The notes beneath the pieces were generated by a model that saw nothing but the letters and a program-made list of their open reading frames with translations, made no database searches and had not been told where the DNA came from. A program made the translations under genes and the position numbers. DNA of 64,000 nucleotides from an uncultured Acidimicrobiia bacterium (lineage in GTDB: Bacteria > Actinomycetota > Acidimicrobiia > Spongiisociales > UBA5794), in the NCBI GenBank assembly GCA_963753185.1, contig CAVWBO010000007.1, forward strand, positions 1,019,538 through 1,083,537, given 5' to 3'. Of the stretch, positions 35,706 to 44,763 are shown piece by piece. Position 1 is the stretch's first letter, and each line of letters opens with the position of its first letter.

Positions 35706-37207
35706 TGCAGAACGCCTCGTTCCTTCCCGTCGCCTTCGAGGTCGTCCTGCTCGCAGGTGCCCTCGTCGTCCTGCTCGTAGCCGTGGTGTTCGAACGCGAC
35801 CGCAGGTTCTGGGGCCCCGTCGCTGGGGTGTCGTTCGCTGCCGCGTTCGTCGTCGGCCTCCTCCAGTGGCGCGAGGTCGCCGATGGAGGGGGAGGCCTCT
35901 TCTTCTCCGCGATGGACCTCGATGTCGTCAAGTCCCCGATGGTCGTCCTCGACGGGTACTCGGCGCTCGCAGCCATGATCCTCGCCGTCGTCGGGTTCGT
36001 CGGATTGCTCGCCGCATGGGACCTCGTCGTGTTCGTCGGCAGGAGGGGACCCGAGTTCGTGTCGCTCGCGTTGCTTGCCGTGGCAGGTCTGCACGTGATG
36101 GCCGCGTCACCGAACCTCATCGTGATCTTCCTCGGACTCGAGACGGCATCGATAGCGTTCTACGTCCTTGCGGGTTTCGTGCGTACGGGCAAGGGATCCG
36201 AAGAGGCAGCCCTCAAGTACTTCCTCTTGGGTTCCCTTGCATCCGCCCTCTTCCTGTACGGCGTCGCGCTGACGTTCGGAGCGACCGGTTCGCTGTCCAT
36301 CTACGGGGTGGACTCGGTGAGGGTCTTGTTCTCGACCACCATCATCACCGAGCCAGGAATACTGCTCGCGGGCATGGCGCTCATGCTCGTCGGCCTCTCG
36401 TTCAAGGTGTCCGCGGCCCCGTTCCACCAATGGGCCCCTGACGTGTATCAGGGGGCCCCATCCGGTGCCGTCGGTCTCATGGCCGCAGGGGTCAAGGTCG
36501 CGGGCTTCGCTGCGATCGGGCGCATCTTCGTTGGTGGCCTCATCTCCCAGGTCGACACCTGGGGGCCGATCCTGGCGATCATCGCTGCAGCGTCCATGAT
36601 CATCGGAACGGTCATGGCCCTCGTCCAGACCGACCTCAAGCGCCTGCTCGCCTATTCGGGAATCGCACACGCCGGCTACATCCTCACGGGCCTGGTGGCG
36701 GGAGCCGACGGCATCCCTGCGATGTGGTTCTATGTAGCGACCTACTCGCTGATGGTCGTTGGGGCATTCGCCGTCATCTCGCTTGTGTCAGGGCCGGCGT
36801 CGTCCGATGCGCCCCTCGCCGATTTCGCAGGGCTCGCAAGGCGCAATCCCGAGATCGGCTGGCTGATGACGATCATCATCCTCGGCATGTCGGGGATGCC
36901 GTTCTTCGCAGGCTTCGTTGGGAAGCTGCTCGCCTTCGTGGTCGCGGCGTCCGTGGACAATCCCTGGCCAGGTGGGTCCAACGGTTACCTCTGGCTCGTC
37001 GTCCTCGGAACCCTCACCACAGTCGTCGGCCTCGCCTTCTACCTGCGTGTCGTGTCGACGTTCTTCTCCGCTGACGGACCGAGCGAGGAACTCGGGGCCG
37101 GCCTGCCCGCGCGGTTCGCCGTCGTGTTCAGCGGCGCAATCACCCTCGTGTTCGGTATCGTGCCGTGGCCCCTGCTCGATGTGGTACGTGACGCACTCCC
37201 ACTCTGA
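35705..37207 (+). CDS. nuoN: NADH-quinone oxidoreductase subunit N
   Basis: FKVSAAPFHQWAPDVYQGAPSGAVGLMAAGVK. TGATG overlap with nuoM. Confidence 0.95.
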   Translation: MQNASFLPVAFEVVLLAGALVVLLVAVVFERDRRFWGPVAGVSFAAAFVVGLLQWREVADGGGGLFFSAMDLDVVKSPMVVLDGYSALAAMILAVVGFVGLLAAWDLVVFVGRRGPEFVSLALLAVAGLHVMAASPNLIVIFLGLETASIAFYVLAGFVRTGKGSEEAALKYFLLGSLASALFLYGVALTFGATGSLSIYGVDSVRVLFSTTIITEPGILLAGMALMLVGLSFKVSAAPFHQWAPDVYQGAPSGAVGLMAAGVKVAGFAAIGRIFVGGLISQVDTWGPILAIIAAASMIIGTVMALVQTDLKRLLAYSGIAHAGYILTGLVAGADGIPAMWFYVATYSLMVVGAFAVISLVSGPASSDAPLADFAGLARRNPEIGWLMTIIILGMSGMPFFAGFVGKLLAFVVAASVDNPWPGGSNGYLWLVVLGTLTTVVGLAFYLRVVSTFFSADGPSEELGAGLPARFAVVFSGAITLVFGIVPWPLLDVVRDALPL

Positions 37208-38876
37208 CATCCCATCGCACCCTGCCCCCCGGTACCGGGCCTTCGCTGCCGTTGCGTTCATCGCGGCCCTGCTCCCGGGCCTCGGCGGCCTCGGCGCCCT
37301 CGTCACGACCGATCGGCACATCATCACGGAGGATCAAACGGTCGCCGAGGACCAGTATGTGACAGCGGTGTCGTCGATCGTCGAGGGAACCATCGACGGC
37401 GACCTGACCGTCTTCTCGGGCTCCGTGATGATCTCCGGCACGGTCTCGGGGAACCTGACGACGTTCTCGTCGGGCACCGTCACGATCACCAGTACGGGAT
37501 CCGTCGGAGGATCGCTGCAGGGCGCGGCCACGGCCCTCAGCGTTGCGGGTGACGTGGGTGGCGACGTCTTCTTCACAGCCGGATCCGTTGTGATCGAGGA
37601 GGATGCGACCGTCGGACGGGATGCCATCGCCTTCGGTGCGACCGTGAGGGTCGAAGGTCAGGTCGGCAGGGACATCCGCGGAAGGGCTGTCCGCCTGGCG
37701 GTCGACGGATCCGTGGGACGGGACGTCGACGTCGCCGCGAACATCCTCACGGTGGGACCCGGTGCTGTCGTAGGCGGCGACATCCTCTACCGGTCGGGAT
37801 CCGACGCCGACATCGCTCCAACCGCAAGCATCGATGGGACGGTCACGAGGCTGCCCGCCCAGGGGAACTTCCTCTATGGCGTCATCCTGACCCTCGCCAA
37901 CGTCGTCGGCTTCCTCGGCTTCGTCGTTGCGGGCCTCCTGGCCCTTTGGATCCTGAGAGGCGTTGGGAGCAGGGCTGTCGGATCGGTCATCCGCCGTCCG
38001 ATCCGGTCACTCCTGGTGGGAATCGCCGTCGTCGTGTTGGTACCCCTTGCCATAGCTGTGCTCGCCATCACGCTCGTCGGCATCCCCATCTCGATCGTGC
38101 TCATCGCGTTCGTTGTGGTCGGGTTCATCATCGGTCCCGTCCCCGCTGTGACGGCGCTCGGAAATCGCGTCCTCTTCACGCGAGGCGGAGTCTTCGGAGC
38201 CTTCCTCGTCGGCGCCGTTCTGTGGAGGCTTGGCATCTGGCTGATCCCCTTCGTGGGCGGCGCAATCTACGTGCTCGGACTCGTGTGGGGCATTGGCGGA
38301 TGGGTGCTCGGGGCATTCGCGGCTCGCCGATCGGACCCCACACCTCCACAGCTCATGCCTGCGAGCGTCGTCGTGGCGGGAGATACGACCCCGGACTGGG
38401 AGCCACCGTTGGCGCCATCGGCGGGACGAGTCGATCCGTATGAGGCGTGGGCATCCGGGTCCGCCGACGCGGAACCATCGTCCGATGGCATGGACGATGG
38501 TGAAGCGGCGCAGACGGCCGCGCCGGAGATCCAACGGGATCTCTCCTTTGCCACCGTTCCCGTCACGTTCGTCCAGGAAGGGAGCGACGTCGAGTCACCT
38601 GTCGAGCCCGAAGGCGAGTCCCACGACTCCGACGACGACGATGCCGACGCGGAGACCCTCGATGAGAGGCTCGCGACGCTCAGGACCGAACTCGAGACCG
38701 CCAAGCCGGAGCACTCACCCGACCCGACCGTCGAGAGATTCGAAGCGATGAGGGAGGAACTGGTGCCGGGATCGCATCCAGGTCCTGGACCGGAGGAAGG
38801 ATCGGAATCCGGCGAGGACCAGGATCCGACACCTTCAAGTGAGGGACCGGACGACTGGGGTCTTCCCAGGGCCTAG
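37179..38876 (+). CDS. Membrane protein with bactofilin-like (polymer-forming cytoskeletal, beta-helical) repeats, 4-5 C-terminal TM helices and an acidic tail
   Basis: Repeated G-x-V-x-G-D/N-hydrophobic units (GTIDGDLTVFSGSVMISGTVSGNLTTFSSGTVTI...GQVGRDIRGRAVRLAVDGSVGRDVDV), then hydrophobic helices, then a D/E/S/P-rich tail. ATG 37179 (inside ORF 36918..38876) overlaps the nuoN 3' end by 29 nt. The start is uncertain. Confidence 0.65.
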   Translation: MWYVTHSHSDIPSHPAPRYRAFAAVAFIAALLPGLGGLGALVTTDRHIITEDQTVAEDQYVTAVSSIVEGTIDGDLTVFSGSVMISGTVSGNLTTFSSGTVTITSTGSVGGSLQGAATALSVAGDVGGDVFFTAGSVVIEEDATVGRDAIAFGATVRVEGQVGRDIRGRAVRLAVDGSVGRDVDVAANILTVGPGAVVGGDILYRSGSDADIAPTASIDGTVTRLPAQGNFLYGVILTLANVVGFLGFVVAGLLALWILRGVGSRAVGSVIRRPIRSLLVGIAVVVLVPLAIAVLAITLVGIPISIVLIAFVVVGFIIGPVPAVTALGNRVLFTRGGVFGAFLVGAVLWRLGIWLIPFVGGAIYVLGLVWGIGGWVLGAFAARRSDPTPPQLMPASVVVAGDTTPDWEPPLAPSAGRVDPYEAWASGSADAEPSSDGMDDGEAAQTAAPEIQRDLSFATVPVTFVQEGSDVESPVEPEGESHDSDDDDADAETLDERLATLRTELETAKPEHSPDPTVERFEAMREELVPGSHPGPGPEEGSESGEDQDPTPSSEGPDDWGLPRA

Positions 38877-39919
38877 CTGACCGGTGCCGTCGTCGGAGCC
38901 GACGCGAGCTCGAAGACGATCGAGTCTGTGATCTCCACGTCGACAGTGTCGCCGATGTGCATCGGGATACGGCCCGGGACGAGGGCCTCGATCGAAGCAC
39001 CTCCGTGCATGCGGATCTCCACGCGCTGGTCGTGTCCGTAGAACTCACGGTCGACGACCCTCCCGGGCCCTGTGGCCGATACCGTCGGAAGGACCCATTC
39101 GGGTCGGATCATCACCTGTGCCGGTGTGCCGTCGGCCAGCCCTGCGCCGACGACCCCGATGGGCGTGGAAACGGCACCGTTGCTCACCACGCCGTCGAAG
39201 GTCACGGCGTCACCGAGGAACCGAGCGATCCATGGCGATACCGGCGCGCCGTATACCTCGTCCGGCGTGCCGGTTTGAACGACGCGACCGTCGCGCATCA
39301 CCGCGACGAGGTCGGCGATGGCGAGCGCCTCTGCCTGGTCGTGGGTCACGAAGACCGCGGTGACACCCGCTGTGCGGATGATCCGACGCAGCTCCCTGCG
39401 CATCTGCTCGCGCTTTGGCGCATCCAGGTTCGAGAACGGCTCATCGAGGAGGACCACGTCGGGTTCCGGGGCGAGCGCCCTGGCGAGCGCCACGCGCTGC
39501 TGCTCACCGCCGGACAACTCGTGGGGAAACCGGTTCTCGTACCCGACGAGCCCGACGAGCTTGAGCGTCTCGGCAACGCGTTGGACACGGTCTGCGCCGC
39601 GGACGCCGTAGCCGACGTTCTCGGCCACATTGATGTGGGGGAACAGCGCGAACTCCTGGAACACCATGCCGACCCGGCGCTTCTCGGGCGGGACGAACAC
39701 GCCGACGCCGGTGACGACCCGGTCCCTGATCTCGATCGACCCGGCATCCACCTGCTGGAATCCGGCAATGGACCGCAGCGCCGTCGTCTTCCCGCAGCCC
39801 GACGGGCCGAGGAGGGCGACGAGGCTGCCTGCAGGGACGTCGAGGGAGAATCCGTCGAGGGCGGGGACGCCAGCGAACGACACGCGGAGGTCACTGGCTG
39901 AGATCACGGGTGCGGTCAT
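38873..39919 (-). CDS. ABC transporter ATP-binding protein (FbpC/Fe3+-type importer)
   Basis: GPSGCGKTT (Walker A), LSGGEQQRVALARAL (signature), VLLDEPFSNLD (Walker B), plus a C-terminal TOBE-like domain. ATG 39919 inside fused ORF 38873..41569. Confidence 0.9.
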   Translation of the reverse strand: MTAPVISASDLRVSFAGVPALDGFSLDVPAGSLVALLGPSGCGKTTALRSIAGFQQVDAGSIEIRDRVVTGVGVFVPPEKRRVGMVFQEFALFPHINVAENVGYGVRGADRVQRVAETLKLVGLVGYENRFPHELSGGEQQRVALARALAPEPDVVLLDEPFSNLDAPKREQMRRELRRIIRTAGVTAVFVTHDQAEALAIADLVAVMRDGRVVQTGTPDEVYGAPVSPWIARFLGDAVTFDGVVSNGAVSTPIGVVGAGLADGTPAQVMIRPEWVLPTVSATGPGRVVDREFYGHDQRVEIRMHGGASIEALVPGRIPMHIGDTVDVEITDSIVFELASAPTTAPVS

Positions 39920-39921
39920 GC

Positions 39922-41550
39922 CTACGTCACGTCCTTGGGCTTGATCGAAAGGTAATAGACAGGCAGGACCGACACGGCGATGAGCAGGAGGGCGGAAGCA
40001 GCGGCGCGGGTGTACAGGAGCTCGTTCGAGGAGGACCAGATATTCACGGCGAGGGTGCTGAATCCGCTCGGTCTGAGGAGCAGGGTGGCAGGCAGCTCCT
40101 TGAGTGTCGTCACGAAGACGAGGAGACCGCCTGCGATGAGACCCTTCGACATGAGCGGCACCGTGACACGGGCGATGGTTGCCAGGTGGCCCTTCCCGAG
40201 CGACCGCGATGCATCGTCGAGGTGGGGATCGACCTGCAGGAGCGACGCCTTGGCAGGTCCCGTCGCCTGGGCGAGGAACATCGCGGCGTACACGATGACG
40301 AGGAGCAGGAGCGACTGGTACACGGGCCTCGCGTATCTCACGGAGAAGGCCACGACGGCGATCGCAACGGTGATGTGGGGCAGGGAGAAGATCACGTACA
40401 CGGACCGTTCGAGCCACGTCGTGGCTCGGCTCGAATGGCGCACCGCCAGGATCACGATCGGGATCGCCCCGACGACAGCGACGACGGCCGCCAGTGAGGC
40501 ACCGGTGAGCGAGCCGCGCACCGCTGTCCAGGGGATGCCGACCGCCGTCCCCGAGGCGATCCCCCTCGTCAGCCACCCGACGAGGACAACGACGGGGATG
40601 ATGACGCCCACCGTGACCACGACAGCCAGGAACGCCTCGGCACCGCGGCGTCGCAGACCGTCGAGTCGGTACAGGGTCGCAGGACGCGTGGGCTTCTGGC
40701 TGAAGTACGAGCCCTTGCCTCGTGTCCGTTGTTCGAAGCCGATGATCGCCATCGCCACGACGATCAACACGATCGACAGGACGATGGCGGGGGTCCGATC
40801 GAGCCTCCCGGAGTACTGGGCGAAGATCACCCTCGTGAAGACGTCGAATCGCATGAGGCTCACGGCGCCGAAGTCCGACAACGTGTACAGCGAGACGAGG
40901 AGGGCACCGGCGCCGATGGCTGGCCGTAACTGTGGCAACACGACCGTCGAGAACACGCGTGGGGGTGCGGCTCCAAGGCCGCGGGCAGCCTCCTCGAGGG
41001 CAGGGTCCACCCTCGAGAGGGCCGCAGCGGTGATGAGGAACACGTACGGGTACGTCGAGATCGTCAGGGCGATCCAGGCCCCGGGTAGGCCGATGAGGTG
41101 GGGGAGTGCGATGCCGGTGACATCGGCGAACAATCCCCGTGGTCCGGTGGCCGAGATCAGCACCATCGCCACGACGTAGGAAGGGATGACGAGCGGCATG
41201 GCGAATGCGACTCCCCACGCCCTCCTGTGTCGAAGGTCCGTGCGTGCGAGGAGCCACGCCCCCGCCACGCCGACGGCGGTTGCCGTCGCCGTCACGGCCG
41301 CCGTGAACAAGAGGGATCGAACGATGAGCTGGAGCGTCCGCACCGACATCAACGCGTTCCGAGCGGAATCCGACGCCTCGAGGGCCCGCACCAGGAGGCC
41401 CACAACGGGGATGGCGACAGGGACGAGGACGGCGACGGCTGCGACCCACAGCCACCAAGGGGCAGGGGAGTGTCGGGTCCGTGACCGGCCGGGCGCGGCG
41501 GCGGGAGTGCCGCCGACCTCGATCTCGATCACGGACCCTTCCGGGGTCAC
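39922..41550 (-). CDS. Iron(III)/thiamine-type ABC transporter permease (duplicated 2x6 TM)
   Basis: 542 aa with two permease halves, as in FbpB/ThiP. Confidence 0.85.
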   Translation of the reverse strand: MTPEGSVIEIEVGGTPAAAPGRSRTRHSPAPWWLWVAAVAVLVPVAIPVVGLLVRALEASDSARNALMSVRTLQLIVRSLLFTAAVTATATAVGVAGAWLLARTDLRHRRAWGVAFAMPLVIPSYVVAMVLISATGPRGLFADVTGIALPHLIGLPGAWIALTISTYPYVFLITAAALSRVDPALEEAARGLGAAPPRVFSTVVLPQLRPAIGAGALLVSLYTLSDFGAVSLMRFDVFTRVIFAQYSGRLDRTPAIVLSIVLIVVAMAIIGFEQRTRGKGSYFSQKPTRPATLYRLDGLRRRGAEAFLAVVVTVGVIIPVVVLVGWLTRGIASGTAVGIPWTAVRGSLTGASLAAVVAVVGAIPIVILAVRHSSRATTWLERSVYVIFSLPHITVAIAVVAFSVRYARPVYQSLLLLVIVYAAMFLAQATGPAKASLLQVDPHLDDASRSLGKGHLATIARVTVPLMSKGLIAGGLLVFVTTLKELPATLLLRPSGFSTLAVNIWSSSNELLYTRAAASALLLIAVSVLPVYYLSIKPKDVT

Positions 41551-42542
41551 AGGAGTCCGGCCTCCGCAACGAGGTCCGTGGCCAGGTCGAGCGTCGTCGC
41601 CAGCAACGACAGGTCGAGGTCGGGCGTCACCAGTGAGTCGAGCGGCGGCAGGACGTCGGCCGCCGGAACCCCGTCGATGAGGGGGTACTCGAAGGTCTCG
41701 TTCGCGAAGTACGCCTGGCTGTCGGGGGACAGGAGGAACTCGACGAACCGGAGCGCCGCGTCCTGCTCAACCGAGCTGGCGAGGACGCCAACGCCCGCAG
41801 GCATGACGATCGACCCTGCCGTGGCGACACCGAAGAAGTGGTTGGCTCCCGGGACGCTCGGGTCCTCGGCGAGGGCCCTGAGTAGGTAGTAGTGGTTGAC
41901 GAGACCGGCCTCGATCTGGCCATCGTTCGTGGCCTCGACGATCGACGAGTTGTTGGGGAACGTCGGCGATCCGATGGCCTCCATGCCCTCGAGCCACGTG
42001 CGGGTCGCGTCCTCGCCGTCGAGGAGGATCTTCGCTGCGACGAATGCCAGGAACGAGCCGTTGGTGGGGGCGATCGCCACACGGCCCGCCCAGGAGGGAT
42101 CGGTGAAGCCGTCCTCCGTCGGCGGGAGCTCGCTCGGATCGACGACCTCCGTGTCGTAGATGACGACCCGCGAACGCCCTGAAATCCCGATCCACGCCCC
42201 GTCTGCATCCGAGAAGCGATCTTCCACGAGGGAGCGCACGTCGTCGGGCAGGGCGATGAACAGGTCGTCGAGGGCGACGGAGCCGAGCGACGCAGGGTCC
42301 TGTGCGAAGAAGACGTCGGCAGGTGAACCCGAGCCCTCCTCGAGGATCGTGGCTGCCAGGTTCGCCGAGTCGTCGTAACGCACCGTGACCTCGATCCCCG
42401 TCTCATCCACGAATCGGTCGATGAGCGGTTGGACGAGTTCCTCGGCGCGTCCCGAGTACACGGTCAGCGAAGCGTCGTCAGAACCGGACGAGCATGCCGC
42501 AGCGACGAGGGCGATCACGATCACCAGCGCGAAGCGCTTCAC
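41547..42542 (-). CDS. Iron(III)-type ABC transporter substrate-binding lipoprotein (FbpA/AfuA-like)
   Basis: (V)KRFALVIVIALVAAACSSG is a lipobox. LTVYSGRAEELVQPLIDRFVDETGIEVTVRYDDSANLAATILEEGSGSPADVFFAQD. GTG 42542 with GGGAGAAAC upstream is preferred over the TTG at 42554 used by the ORF track. Confidence 0.85.
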   Translation of the reverse strand: MKRFALVIVIALVAAACSSGSDDASLTVYSGRAEELVQPLIDRFVDETGIEVTVRYDDSANLAATILEEGSGSPADVFFAQDPASLGSVALDDLFIALPDDVRSLVEDRFSDADGAWIGISGRSRVVIYDTEVVDPSELPPTEDGFTDPSWAGRVAIAPTNGSFLAFVAAKILLDGEDATRTWLEGMEAIGSPTFPNNSSIVEATNDGQIEAGLVNHYYLLRALAEDPSVPGANHFFGVATAGSIVMPAGVGVLASSVEQDAALRFVEFLLSPDSQAYFANETFEYPLIDGVPAADVLPPLDSLVTPDLDLSLLATTLDLATDLVAEAGLL

Positions 42543-42554
42543 TGTTTCTCCCAA

Positions 42555-42573
42555 CCTAATGAATTTGATTAGG
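42555..42573. promoter_or_regulatory. 19-bp AT-rich palindrome CCTAATgaatttgATTAGG upstream of the iron-type ABC operon (possible metalloregulator operator)
   Basis: Read directly. The flanks CCAACCTAA and TTAGGTCAG resemble IdeR/DtxR iron-box half sites (TTAGGTTAG / CTAACCTAA), but in swapped order. Confidence 0.3.
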
Positions 42574-42649
42574 TCAGGTTATAAGCACTACCACCGTAGG
42601 TGCAAATCGTTTCTCGACGCGGGTAATCGATTGCGGAGCAGGAAGACTT

Positions 42650-44301
42650 GAATGCCCGTCTGGATCGTCGAATTGGTTGTTGAAGCTCTCGGGCAACCAG
42701 GTCTCGTCGGTCGAGGAGGAGTGCCGACGATGCCCTCATGCTCCGCGGTTCGCCGCCGGATGTCTCACATCCGTCGACTTGGTGAAACTCGCTGGGCTCG
42801 GCTGCCTTCGCCGGGATTGAACAGGATGCTGTGGGCTGTCTCGGACCGTGCGTCAAGCCGAGCAGGTCCGCGGAAGTTGCGGGAGGAACATCAGTGCATT
42901 GGGATTCGCACGTTCGAGCAGTGTGTACCAGGTCGTCTGGAGGTAGACGGGTGCGAGCTCGACGATGTTCCACCACTTGGAAGCCGAACTACGATCCCGA
43001 GTTGTAGTTCAGCCGTCGGTCACGGTGGCGACCGCGGCGAATCTCTTCGAGGAGCAGATCATCGTTGAAGATCCACCCGGTTGCGTTGTTGGAGGCACTC
43101 GATCAGGCGGTCGGTGAGATCCCGTCCCTTCGAAGGGCGCCTCGAACAGCGTCGCTTGCAAGCGCAGCACCGACCGTTGTCGCCGGTCGGATCGAGGAGG
43201 TACTCCCACAGTCCGACGTTGTCGACGTGTAGCGACGGATTCGTGGCGAAGTCAGCCGTCGGGTGCAGAGTCTCGCTTGCCCCCGGCGGTCACCGACGTT
43301 CGAGGTCTGCCGGAGCCGACCCGGTACGTCGGCTGCCGTCGTTGACGGGTCGTCACCGAGGAAACCGACTCGAAGATGGATGTTCCTCGCAGCCAGCGTT
43401 CGATGTGTTGGTGTTCCCCGTCTGGGTGATCATGCGTACGGTACGTCACCGTCGCATGCCGAGGCGCAGTTGTCTGCTCCAGCGGTGCCGGGCCAGCGTC
43501 TGCCTCAGGGGTGCCGAACTCCTGATGACGTGATCGAGACCGAGCGCAATGTTGTGCGGAGTCCTCTCACTGAAGTTCGTGGTGGTCAGCACATCCCACC
43601 GGCCCCAGGGAAGTGTGGACGCCGGCACCGAACCACGGGCAGTCGACCATGCCGAAGTTGCCCTGCGTCGGACCGCCGCACGGGGCCGGATCATTGCGGG
43701 AGGAGGCCGGAGGGCGGTGTCGCGAGGCATTCCTCCTGCCCGTCGCTGAGATCGGCCGGGACCGAGAACGGAAGCACGCCGCCTGCACCTCGATTACCGC
43801 AATTCGGCGGTCGCCGTCGCCGAGATCGCGATCGTGTCGAATGCCGAGCAGTCGGGCGAAAGACGTCGGGCATCGCGTAGTCGGGCAGGCGAACCCGCAA
43901 CAGCGCAGGTCGTCTGCACCGCTTGAGGCTGATTCAGTCCGGATCGGCGCGGCGGGGGTGGCCGAGTGTCGAGATGGGTACGAAGTCAGCAGGTTCGTCC
44001 GGATCCGGGCATGCCGCCCAGTCGGCACCGTCCGTGGGAGCCTGGGTTCCCAGTTCAACGCGGTGTACTGCTTGATCGCGTCATAGAGGTCCTCATTGCT
44101 CGGCGAGGTGTCGTCGAGGAACTCGAGTCCTGCGGCGAGAACCGCAGCATCAGCCGTGGACTGTGCCTGACGGGTCTCCGCATAGGCGGCGGTTAGGTCG
44201 ACGGCCGAACGCCGCAAAGCCGAGGAGCATGACCAGCAACAACGGCGAACAGCGGCAGGATCGCCCCGGACTCCGATCGGGGGTGGGTGTTTGGTGTTCA
44301 T
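42650..44301 (-). pseudogene. Decayed TadG-like (Flp pilus-assembly TadE/G-like N-terminus) gene with multiple frameshifts and stops
   Basis: From ATG 44301, recognisable pieces lie in all three minus-strand frames. These include SESGAILPLFAVV / LLVMLLGFAAF / AVDLTAAYAETRQAQSTADAAVLAAG, ADWAACPDPDEPADFVPIS, VRLPDYAMPDVF / FARLLGI / DTIAISATATAEL, and VLPFSVPADLSDGQEECL. Also CGGPTQGNFGMVDCPWFG, TTTNFSERTPHNIALGLDHV and KWWNIVELAPVYLQTTWY. The 3' boundary is approximate. Confidence 0.5.
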
Positions 44302-44763
44302 GGGCACGTCACCGAGGTCGGCCCGCTCCCGAGTTGGGTGATGGGGCGTTCGATTGCGCATCGTGACCGTGGAATCGAGCGGTGTCCCGTCGAAGATGGG
44401 ATCAAGGAATCCGGTGAGGGACTCATACGCCTTGTTGATCTCGACGGTCACGTTCGCCGTGGGATCCCCGATCGGATCCGACACGTCGCCGCTGGTCGAG
44501 ATCACGACGACGGCACCTCCCGACGACAACGTGCGCGCGAGCACACTGGTCTCGATTGCGCGACTCGCCGTTGCGTCCCGGAAGTCGACGACGGCTAGCG
44601 TGCCACCCTCGCGGGCAGCGTTGCTCGCCTCGATCAGCTGGGCGAACAGCCAACCGGCTTCCATGATGCCGAAGACGAGGAGGAGGAACAAAGGCATGAC
44701 GAGTGCGAACTCGACAAGCGATGCTCCCTGCTCAGTCCGCCGCCCGACGGATGGGAGTCTCAT
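44302..44763 (-). CDS. TadE-like protein (recognisable domain; the ORF has no stop here and reads on to 43567 through the decayed downstream gene)
   Basis: RTEQGASLVEFALVMPLFLLLVFGIMEAGWLF is the TadE N-terminal motif, and the domain ends ...LDSTVTMRN. The 5' end overlaps the sigma gene 3' end by 32 nt. Confidence 0.6.

Noticed and set aside
39920-41569. Upstream 550 aa of the 898-aa ORF 38873..41569 (-)
   Set aside because: It is a shadow frame over the ABC permease gene (39922..41550). The real ATPase starts at MTAPVISASDL (39919).
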